In this document: piece after piece, positions 53,279-64,000 of the stretch
How positions within the stretch are numbered: the first letter of the stretch is position 1
How the letters are laid out: every line of letters begins with the position of its first letter
Source of the DNA: Octopus vulgaris
Taxonomy: Eukaryota
Assembly (NCBI GenBank): GCA_951406725.2
Contig: OX597821.1
Span: 21,886,001-21,950,000, forward strand
DNA: 64,000 nt
Direction: 5' to 3'
Made by a program: the position numbers and the translations under genes
The notes under the pieces: model-generated
The model's input: only the letters and a program-made list of their open reading frames with translations
What the model was told of the DNA's origin: nothing
Database searches by the model: none

Positions 53279-54157
53279 ATATCTTAGATATAGCAGCAAA
53301 ATGTCCTTCCATTTTCATTCTGTTCTCTTTAAAGAAAAAAATGAAGTATCTATCCGACAATGCAGTTCTACATTGAATATGTCCGTAATAATCGTAATAG
53401 TTACCGGGAGGATGTTAGTGTTAAGTCAGGGAGATAAGGACATTTCGCATAAACCTTTTAGAACCTCCAAGACAGGTAGAGGAGGGAAGAGGCAGGAGGA
53501 AGTTGTCCTCAGGCCAGTGACCTAGCCTGAACGCTTGTGACAAAGTGGCCACCACTACAAGGATTCAAGAACATGGTGATGGAGTCAAACAGGTTGAGGG
53601 ATTGGGTCAAGCACGCTTTGGTCAAGTACGTTTTGGTCAAGTACGCTTGACTCAAACACACGGAACAATTATCACAAGGCATATATACCGTCTCATGTCA
53701 TAATAATAATTTGCCAACCCACTGTCTAGGACTTGTGCTTCATTTTATCAACCTCAAGAAGAAGGAACGATAAAGTTTAGCGCGGTAGAATACGGATTCG
53801 AGGAGCAGACGACCGGAATAAATACAGTGAGAATTTGTCCATTGCTTTAACGTCTCTCTTAATTCAACAACGAATACATCACTGACAGTATGCACCTTGC
53901 TAAATAACGGTATGGTTGCGGCTGAAACGTCAGTGGAAATAAATCTATTTAATCACGGTTGAACTGAGGCAAAATCACAACTGTTATCTAAATGCAGACC
54001 TATTTAGGAGGACAAAATATCGATGTTTACTCACTCACCTTTGGCATACTCGTCCATGTATAATCCTGTCTTCAGCAGCATGGAAGTTATACATATATAC
54101 ATATATATATATATAATCATATATATATATATATATATATATCATACATATATATAC

Positions 54158-54208
<51 letters not shown>

Positions 54209-54327
54209 TTTATGTAAAATTACATATATACATATATGTGTATGTGTATGTATGTATATATAAGTATATGCCTGTAAGTGTATAGATAGTTAAAAAGAGA
54301 GATAGGTGCATATATATATAAGTATAT

Positions 54328-54370
<43 letters not shown>

Positions 54371-54796
54371 TATGCATGTATGTATATGTCTATATATTTA
54401 TATATGCATACACACACATACACACACACACACACAAATGTACTTTAAATATATATATAGAGAGAAACAGACAGACAGAACACTAACAGGTGAGATCCAG
54501 ATATATATGTGTGTGCATATATATGTAGTCTCAACTGAATTAACGTATAAAGCAGTTGATCAATTCCGCAAACACATGTACTATTGAATTAATTTTCGAG
54601 CAAAATCAACGTGATACAATATCTAATACAACTGTACCTGTGAATATTCCACAGCTCAATTTTCTCCTGCATTTACCGATTTTCGTCACAATGTATAGGC
54701 CGACATAAGACTAAACAAAAAAGCAAGCACCCAAGATGACAGACAATATATACTCGAACCCGCGACCTTATGTTTCACTATGTAATTTATATATTC

Positions 54797-55157
54797 TTTT
54801 CTTCTTTTACTTGTTTCAGTCATTTGATAACGGTTTTAGTCGAGAAAATCCACCCCAGGACTTATTCTTTGTAAATCTAGTAATTATTCTCTCGGACTCT
54901 CTTGCCGCACTGCTAAGTTATGAGGATGTAAGTACACCAACATCGGTTGGAGAGGGTAATCACAAATACACACACACACACACATATATATATACGACAG
55001 GCTTCTTTCAGTTTCCGTCTGCCAAATCCACTCACAAAGCTTTGGTCAAACTGAGGCTATAGCAGAAGATACTTGCCCAATGTGCAACGCAGTGGGAGTG
55101 AACCCGAAACCCTGGGATTGAGAAGCAAGCTTCTTACCATACAATCACGCCCGCGCC
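54797..55157 (-). mobile_element. SINE family B
   Basis: Diverged reverse complement of family B. Confidence 0.75.
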
Positions 55158-55697
55158 TATATGTAATTTATTTTATGACAGTGAATCTCGAAGGAGAATT
55201 ACCAATAAGTAGGTCCTTTGCAAAGAGAGAAAATCGACGGCTGCCCGTTTACATGCCATTATTTACAGTTTCATCTGCTTCGAGATCCACCGTCCCAAAG
55301 AACTGTTTCATGATCTGTCAAATTATATAATTTTTATCACGTCAACAATATATATACATATATATACATATTTGAGAGATAACCCCTTGCGCCTAATCCT
55401 TTCCGTGTGTTCAACAACTAGCCATGAGGTCTTTTCCTCCTCCTCTTGAAGAGAGGTTATAGGCAACCGGCCATCAGGGTCTGCAGAGATGCTGCAAAGA
55501 CAAGTGCATTATGGACGTGAACCCTGGGTAACCCCATAGACTGGTCATAATTACCTTTATCTAATTACTCTGCTGCTCTATAACTTAAAATGTGCTCCAC
55601 TTTCGGATTTATGATTTACTGACGATACACACAAACACACATTCATACATCCACCCATCCATCCATCCATCCATCCATACGTACATACATACATACA

Positions 55698-55729
<32 letters not shown>

Positions 55730-55734
<5 letters not shown>

Positions 55735-55993
55735 ATCACGTGACCGACCAGACCATCAGATGTTGCCACACATCGCTGGTCACAATGCGTTCACATTGCT
55801 TTAGCCATCGAATGACGCCACCCCGCTGGCTAAGCGAGCAGGCCAACAGAAGAAAGAGTGAGAGAAAGAGTGGTGAAAGAGTACAGCAGGGATCACCACC
55901 CCCTGCCGGAGCTCGTGGAGCTCAATAAACACACACAACGCCCGGTCTGGGAATCGAAACCACGATCCTACGACCGCGAGTTCGCTGCCCTAA
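55730..55993 (-). mobile_element. SINE family E with alternative tail
   Basis: The head matches 28839 but the 3' tail differs. Confidence 0.7.
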
Positions 55994-55994
55994 C

Positions 55995-56118
55995 GCTGTG
56001 GAAGAGCGTAGGCTCGAAACGTTAAAGACTTTTTCACTTCCAGATCGTTAAACTGATACATCTGTTTGTTGTCTATACCACCTGTCTTCGTCTTTTGTTT
56101 TTTTTTTTGTGAATTTTT

Positions 56119-56120
<2 letters not shown>
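55995..56120 (+). mobile_element. Fragment of the ~190-bp HHR-like repeat
   Basis: CTGTGGA a GAGC gtag GCTC GAAA cg TT aaag, ending in (TA)n. Confidence 0.6.
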
Positions 56121-56155
<35 letters not shown>

Positions 56156-56162
56156 AATGTAC

Positions 56163-56202
<40 letters not shown>

Positions 56203-56206
56203 GAGA

Positions 56207-56255
<49 letters not shown>

Positions 56256-56264
56256 ATATATATA

Positions 56265-56434
56265 AAGTTGTGGCGAAAGAGTAAAACAGGGGTCGCCACC
56301 ACCCACTGCCGGACACTCGTGGAGCTTTTAGGTGTTTTCGCTCAATAAACACTCACAACACCCGGTTTGGGAATCGAGAACGCGATCCTCCGATCCCGAG
56401 TCCGCTGCCCTAAACACTGGGCCATTGCGCCTCC
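56265..56434 (-). mobile_element. SINE family E 5' part
   Basis: Reverse complement of the family E head. Confidence 0.75.
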
Positions 56435-56442
56435 ACACACAC

Positions 56443-56516
<74 letters not shown>

Positions 56517-57165
56517 TTATTAGTGGCTGAAGCAGTATTTGTACTGAAAAATAATCTTTATATCCAATTTCACTTGGATTCCCTTTTAGAACACCGAATA
56601 CAGTTCTATTAACCTTGAGTGAAGGTCTCATGCAGGCGCCTGGTACTTAAAAGAACAGACATCGATAGTAGCTGTCGGGAATCGTTCTATGGCCGCTGGA
56701 ACTTCCATATCCCGTTATTTCAATTCACTGGACATCATCAGGCACGGTATATAGAATATCAACAATTTTTCTGACGCTGATATCGCATATAGCTAGCAGT
56801 CTACTTGGAAATTAATTAGTAGCGACAGAGGCGGTATACATGTGTGTGTGTGTGTACGTGTGTGTGTGTGTGCGTGTGTGTGTATGTGTGTGTGTGTGTG
56901 TGCATGTGAGTGTTGATAGATAAATAGACAGATAAATAGATAGGTAGATAGATAGATAGAAATATAGATAGACATATATATGTGTTTAAATATATGTATA
57001 TATATGTATACATGTATATATATATATATATATATATCCACATCAGGAATCTTGCAACACACAATCATAAACGTATATGTATGTATGTGTATATGTATAT
57101 GTGAATATATATATATATATATATGTGTGCGTGTGTGTGTGTATGCATGTATGTATGTTTGTATG

Positions 57166-57203
<38 letters not shown>

Positions 57204-57350
57204 CGTGTGTGTATGCATGTATGTATATATATATGTATATATATATATAAAGAAATAGAAAATGCAATGGAAAATCCTTTTGTTACCACCATACTTCAAT
57301 TTCAGTCTTGCTTTCTTGTTGATACTCAAACCTCGGATGTACAACCAGTA

Positions 57351-57412
<62 letters not shown>

Positions 57413-57874
57413 CCTACACGTATGTGTTTGTTTTTGTGTATGCATGTGTGTGTGTGTCTGTCTGTCTGTGTGTGTGTGTGTGTAATCGTATAGAGCAACT
57501 AAGATGGCCGTATTGCAGTTATCTAAGATGGCGGTAAAGCGATGGATGCAGAAGGCAGATGGTTGGCTCTGAAGTTATAAACACTCTATTAAAATGAAAT
57601 CAAATGAACAATCGCCAGAACAGCTTTCTGAAAGTATCCGTTAGCCAAGAGAAAATGAGAAAGTATATTTGCGACTGAGGATTAGTGATTGGTGTTGAAC
57701 ATTTGGTCTTAAATGTCTTCAAAACCCAACGCCAATGACCGCTCATGTTTGGCTGGACATCAACTAAAGCTTAGTTCTTCCAAAACAGCCCAATCGGTTT
57801 GCGGTTCTTGTTGTGAATGATGTTGTTGCTGATGGTGGGCGGACTGACGCTGATGTGGTTATTGCTGTTGCTGC

Positions 57875-57929
<55 letters not shown>

Positions 57930-58066
57930 GTTATTATTATTAAATTTCCTCCCATTTTAGCCAATATTCGCAATTGCGAAATCATTTTAAACTGGCTGTT
58001 ATTAGTTGATCAAGCGATGTATACGCACATACATGCATTCATGCACGTATCCTAAAATGTGTGTGT

Positions 58067-58109
<43 letters not shown>

Positions 58110-58322
58110 CATACACAAGTATACATATGTGTCGGTGCAATCATGTATACTAACAATATATAAAAATAAAGACAGGAACATATACACATGTGTGTGCACG
58201 TATTTGTATGTATGTATGCATGTATGTATGTATGTATGTATGTATGTATGTATGTATGTATGTATGTATGCATGTATGTATGTATGTATGTGTGGATGTA
58301 TGCATGTATGTATGCATGTATG

Positions 58323-58355
<33 letters not shown>

Positions 58356-58624
58356 GTATATTTATATATATTGCTATATCAATACGTGCGTATAAGTTTT
58401 GCCACTTTCTTCTTTTCCTTTTGTATTGCTGTTCACCATTTCTAGTATTATTTCTATATTTATTTTTATTTCCGTTTTAATATCTTAATCGTTTTTAATT
58501 AAGCTGGTCTCTCACCGGATCGTAACACCAATAGTATTAACAACAGCATTGAGAATAACTGTAACTATTACAATAAGAACTACAACAAAACAACTACACA
58601 ACATATGTAAAGCAATAATGTCAA

Positions 58625-58840
58625 TAATCGTTTCTATTACAAGTAGAAGGGCCAGAAATTGTGGGGGAAGTGGGCAAGCCGATTGCATGAACCCAAGTGT
58701 TTCCCTGGTACTTAATTTATCGACACCGAAAGGATGAATGGCAAAGTTGACCTCGGCGAAATTTGAACTCAGAACGTAAAGACGGGGGGAAATGCCGCTA
58801 AGCATTTTGTCCGTTGTACTGACGATTGTTTACTTGCTGT
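58625..58840 (-). mobile_element. SINE family A
   Basis: Reverse complement of the family A head and central domain. Confidence 0.75.
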
Positions 58841-58882
<42 letters not shown>

Positions 58883-58885
<3 letters not shown>

Positions 58886-59190
58886 TCCTATCATAGTAGG
58901 TGCATTAGGCAATTCCTATCATAGTAGGTGCATTAGGCAATTCCTATCATAGTAGGTGCATTAGGCATGATAAAAAAATATTCAGACAAATACATAACAA
59001 AAACACCAGGACTTACAAACACATATAACATACAGAAAATTGCACTACTAGGCACTGCACACATCCTACGCAGAACACTTTCCATACAATAACCATCAAA
59101 GCATCACAACAAATCACAGCACATACCCAAGGCACACAGAGCTGCGCTCGGTAGTGAAGTGAAAGCACGCTATAAAAATAAAACTACTGA
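58883..59190 (+). mobile_element. R4/Dong-like LINE 3' end in (AAT)n with triplicated 28-bp 5' junction
   Basis: IPIIVGALGMIKKYSDKYITKTPGLTNTYNIQKIALLGTAHILRRTLSIQ*. Confidence 0.8.
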
Positions 59191-59211
59191 ATAATAATAA
59201 TAATAATAATA

Positions 59212-59433
59212 AAATCGTATTAACTGGAACGGCTCATGTACTGAGAAGAGCACAATCGCTGTGAAAATAACATCCATCCATGAATTTATTTATTTATTAA
59301 TTTTTAAATACATATGTTATCCGTGAATTTGCGCGTGTAATCTGGGAATGCATACAATGCTCTTCTCTGCCCTAGGTGTATGGAAAACACTCGGCGAGAA
59401 ACGGAAGAAAATTTGAAGAAAGAAGGAAAAAAC

Positions 59434-59434
<1 letters not shown>
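59212..59434 (+). mobile_element. Second R4/Dong-like 3' end in (AAT)n
   Basis: KIVLTGTAHVLRRAQSL*, then a putative UTR ending in (AAT)n. Confidence 0.6.
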
Positions 59435-59485
<51 letters not shown>

Positions 59486-59976
59486 TAATAGCAACAACAA
59501 CAACAACAACGTCGTAATTGGTGGGCATATAAAAACCCTTGTAAGTAACAAGTTTATTTTTACATTAATAAACTTTATGAAATATTGTAATATTTCAAGA
59601 GGGTGGTTGGGGAAATTTGAGAAAATGACTAAGATATAGATTGAAGTAAAAAAAAAAAAATCCTCGTAGACACATACACACACACAAAACAAAGACCCAC
59701 AAAGAGTATTGATGTGGTTGTAAACAAGTATTGCCGAAAAATTAATTTGCCTTTTAACGGGTCAGGTCATGTTTTTGGGAAGAGCATCAAAACGAGACGA
59801 AACTGAATCAAATTTCGCAAAGTGGTGAGGTCAAATGTCAAGTAGGAAATAGATAGAGGGAATTATATTTAAACAACAGCAACAACAACAACAGCAACAA
59901 AGTTAATAAAAAAAATAATAATGATAATAATAATAGTAACAACATCAACAACACCAACAACGTAAACAACAACAGC

Positions 59977-60018
<42 letters not shown>

Positions 60019-60030
60019 AATATCTGAAAT

Positions 60031-60277
60031 AAACTCGATTGCCTTCGCAAACGAGAATACTAAAAATGAACCCGACCGCTGTCAAAAATTAAGTAATAAA
60101 AGAAAACGGGAAAATAATCCAGATCCCAAAATCTAATGTGTTCGTGCCAGTCACGTGGCAAAATCCCTGAAAGTTTCATCCGAATCCACCCAGCGGTTCT
60201 TGAAATATCTTGTCACAGACAAACACACAAACACGGCTGAAAACAATAACTCTGCCTTCGTTAAGGTGGAAGTAGTA
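60031..60277 (+). mobile_element. Possible non-autonomous Helentron/HINE-like element
   Basis: AAGTTTCATCCGAATCCACCCAGCGGTTC...ACAGACAAACACACAAAC and terminal hairpin CTGCCTT-CGTT-AAGGTGG. Similar in layout to the Helitron end at ~28410-28500. Confidence 0.45.
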
Positions 60278-60820
60278 GTAATAATGATAATAATAATAAT
60301 AATAATAATGATAATAATAATAATAATAATAATAATGATAATAATAATGTTAATAATAATCTCAAATTTTGAGAAGGGACCAGCAGATTTTGAGGGAAGT
60401 GGGAAGCCCATTATATCAACGCTAGTATTTGGCAGGTACTTATTTCATCGATCCCGGAAGTATGTATAGCAAAGCTGAACCTGAAATGACAATTTGTTTC
60501 ATCGAACTCAGAAGGGTGAAAGTCAAAATTTAGTTCGGCAGGATTTCAACAGAATGGAACTTACTCGGAATATAAACAGGATTTACTCGGAATATAAACA
60601 GCAGCAAAATTAACGCAAGATATTTTTGTTCGACGCTCTGATCGTTCTGTTATTACAATACAATTACGAATGGTAAGATTGAAGGATTTCGGTGGGGGTT
60701 CTACCTCAGATTATAAAGATTTGTTGACCGTTGTTAACCCAATATTTTTTCTGGTACATATGTTATAAAATGTCTGGATATATTAGATTATTGCGTCTCT
60801 TTATTGATGTATTCCTATAT

Positions 60821-60904
<84 letters not shown>

Positions 60905-60908
<4 letters not shown>

Positions 60909-61122
60909 ATAGTAATGGTAAGTCAACAAAAGAATGAAAGAGAACTCGATATTATGTAAATAGAGGAATTTATCTGTAAATATATGTGACAATTATCGAG
61001 CCATCAAAAAATGATGGCCCGATAACTGAAGAGATGCCGGTGCGAGTTACCGCCCCGACATCCGAAACTCTGAGTTTTTATCATGGCTACTGAATAATTG
61101 TCACATATTATATTTACATATA
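60905..61122. mobile_element. Miniature inverted relic of a PLE related to 21745-24168, with HHR
   Basis: 60905-60996 matches the left-arm end 21745-21835. GATAA-CTGAAGA-GATG...CATCC-GAAA-CTCTGAG-TT-(T)TTATC at 61021-61082. Confidence 0.7.
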
Positions 61123-61465
61123 CACACGCACTATATATTTGGTGTTACTTTGCTTCAGTGTTATTTATTTTTTACATTAATCTTAATCGTATTTCGGCCA
61201 GAGTTCTATCGTCACACTCCTGTGACCGCATCAGTGGTCCTTTGCTTTCTTTCTTACTTGTGTGTCTCTCCTTACTAACCGTCAGCCATTTTGTATTTCT
61301 ATTGTATGTGTCTTCATTTGCGCATGCGTATATCTCTATGTGCGTCTATGTTTAGTTAGTGGGGGGATGCCTATAATATTTGTATCTTCTGTTTATATAC
61401 ATTCATGTAATTTGTTTTTGTTTTTGTTTATTCTTATTTTGTTCATGTGTTTACACCCACTTATG

Positions 61466-61509
<44 letters not shown>

Positions 61510-62209
61510 CATTACCATTATTATTATCATTACGTATGCTTGTATGTGTGTATGTATGTATAACAACAATACTAGTAATAATAATTTAAAAAATTAAAAA
61601 TTAAAAAAAATTTAAATTTAAAAAAATGTATATAGTTATTTACTTCCATTTGTTTATTTATCTGTGTATTTTATTTTATTATGTTTTCAGTTTTGTTTAT
61701 ATTGTAACCAGTATATGGAGATCTTCTTCTGTCATATTTTGTGGTGTGTGCTAGTGTTCCATTCAAGTTAATTTGGCTCAAAAAGCAAAAAGCTTATATA
61801 TATGTATATATACTAAGACACACATATGCGAATGAGTGAGTAAACAAAACACGGTAGAACTCAATATATTTCATTGGAATCACATGTATCAAGATAAGGT
61901 GCTCTTGTCCTAATGAAAACCCGTTTCGTACACATCGCTACCGGTCACTTAAACTATGCAGAGGGGACATTATTACTTCAGTCCCATAATTTTTCTTTCG
62001 CTTCCTCACATTTTCTCCGTCTTTCTATCAAAGTTTCCGACAAAAAAGCTCAGCTCGAAAAGTCTAACACACCTACACATTATCTTTAATCGTTTTATTA
62101 AGCTTTAAACAAATAATTACAATCATAATAGTTTGCACTTCATTTTCTGTGTGTTGCTATTTTCAAGTTTTAAATAGAATTTTAAATCCATACGTGTGCT
62201 TGAGAGTGA

Positions 62210-62272
<63 letters not shown>

Positions 62273-62334
62273 CGTGTGTGTGCGTGTGTGCATGTGTGTG
62301 TGTCTGTGTGCTTGATAAACGGAGAAGCAGAAAA

Positions 62335-62381
<47 letters not shown>

Positions 62382-62460
62382 TTTTATCTATCTATAGATA
62401 GATACGCTCTTCAGTCGGTACTTTTCAATGTTTCCACATTACGGTTGTGTGCATGTATAA

Positions 62461-62498
<38 letters not shown>

Positions 62499-62756
62499 TC
62501 CAGGTATGCGAAAATATTAGCATATATGCACGTGCAAACTTTGTGTTTGCTTATTTTATTCATTATTGAGGACATTTCTGCTTTTGTATAGACGTCAATA
62601 ATTTTGCATGATCAAATATTGGACACAAGTGTCAATATATTCCTTCCTCTCAATATACATACACATATGCGTATGTCTGTGTTTGCGTAAGGACCGTGTA
62701 TATATATGTGAGGTTGTAAATCCGTCTATGTATTCAAATAACAATGCATATATATA

Positions 62757-62800
<44 letters not shown>

Positions 62801-62968
62801 TGCACGCGCATGTGTATGGTGTATGTATATATTTACATAGTTACACTCACGTATGAATGAAGTGTTTGTGTGAGTAACAGATTGATATATATGCTTGTGT
62901 AGTCAGAAATACGGGTTTTCTTTGACTGTACTTTAATGTGAATGCATTTATGCATTCACACAAGAATT

Positions 62969-63023
<55 letters not shown>

Positions 63024-63139
63024 CAAATATATTTGTATGTAACGTAGATATGTACACGTTATATATAGGTATATCTACATATATACAAATATATATAAGC
63101 ATAATTATTTTAGCTTTTAAAAAGATAACATATGCGGTC

Positions 63140-63785
63140 GAAACACGTGGCACAAGGCTGAATTGGGTTAGGAAGCGATGAAATTGAGGCGGTAAAGTGT
63201 ACGTCTACCTAGGGTACACAGTGAATATGCGTTGAGGTATGGGTGCTGAAATCTCAGAGAGAAAAAGGGAGGAGGGAAGGCATTTAACTCAATAAAGGAT
63301 GTGCCCCAAACGAAGGTAGACAATGTCGTATATGCCGGTCTCTTCAATTGTACCGTCTTACCTGTGTTATTATATGCAAGTGAGACTTAGTCAACTACGA
63401 ATAAAACATTGATTTCGGATAAAACATTGATTGGCTACGATGCAAAGGACCATGGAAAGATTGATGCTTAGAATATCATTAAGAAAACACATCCAAAATG
63501 AGATAATTCGAGAAAGAAATGGTGTGAGCGATGTGATCGCTGAGTACTGCAAACACAAGATCCGCTGGTTCGTACATGTTACAAGGTACACAGACAACAG
63601 ATTGACCCATGCAGCTGCTGAGTGGAACCCAGGGGAACGGAAAAGACCAATTGGAAAGCCTCCACGGCGATGGGAAGATGACTTAGTCAATCAATTAAGG
63701 TAAAGAGGGAAATGAATGCCGCAATCAAGATGAATTGGAAGCGTATTGTGACGAGCGGTGTATAACAGCATCCCATGGGCTGATA
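63140..63785 (+). mobile_element. RTE-clade LINE 3' fragment
   Basis: YVYLG, LFNCTVLPVLLYASET*, QRTMERLMLRIS...IRWFVHVTR...W.P...KRPIGKPPRRWEDDL. Confidence 0.85.
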
Positions 63786-63894
63786 CATATATATATATAT
63801 ATATATATGCATATTTGCGTATGTGTGTGTGTTCATGCGCATAAATATAAGACACACACACACACATAAACACACACATACATACATACATACA

Positions 63895-63930
<36 letters not shown>

Positions 63931-63935
63931 TAAAC

Positions 63936-63968
<33 letters not shown>

Positions 63969-64000
63969 AATTCTCACTAGCTCTTCGACCTGTAACCAGT

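Noticed and set aside
53602-53660. 16-bp tandem TTGGTCAAGTACGCTT x3-4
   Set aside because: Short local slippage repeat with no further structure.
53880-53935. CTGACAG...GAAACGTCAG hammerhead-like words
   Set aside because: The core is broken and no stem II closes at GAAA.
56705-56745. CTGATGA...GAAA on minus strand
   Set aside because: No stems I-III in the required positions.
58883-58966. CRISPR-like 28-bp repeats
   Set aside because: No spacers, eukaryotic context, and the unit is LINE coding sequence.
60561-60601. Short direct duplications (also 63400-63433)
   Set aside because: Ordinary slippage duplications inside decayed repeats.

Overview
AT-rich, very microsatellite-dense eukaryotic DNA ((TA)n, (CA)n, (TACA)n, (GATA)n, (AAT)n, (ATC)n) with one 100-N gap. 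I see no recognisable host protein-coding gene, and nearly all listed ORFs are translated microsatellites. The repeat content suggests an octopus/cephalopod intron or intergenic region; this is an inference. The window contains at least five tRNA-type SINE families, CR1-group and RTE LINE fragments, R4/Dong-like 3' ends sitting in (AAT)n, mariner- and hAT-type MITEs, and a non-autonomous Helitron. The main signal is a set of hammerhead ribozyme (HHR) elements, mostly inserted in or next to (TA)n. First, a young Penelope-like element (PLE; RT thumb + GIY-YIG) forms ~1.03-kb inverted arms with an HHR-like motif in each arm. Second, 1.4 kb away lies a non-coding 535-bp unit in tandem and inverted copies, with three canonical type I HHRs and circularly permuted ends, consistent with a candidate retrozyme. 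Third, several small relics carry variant-core HHRs. Coordinates of degenerate repeats are approximate and were read by eye.
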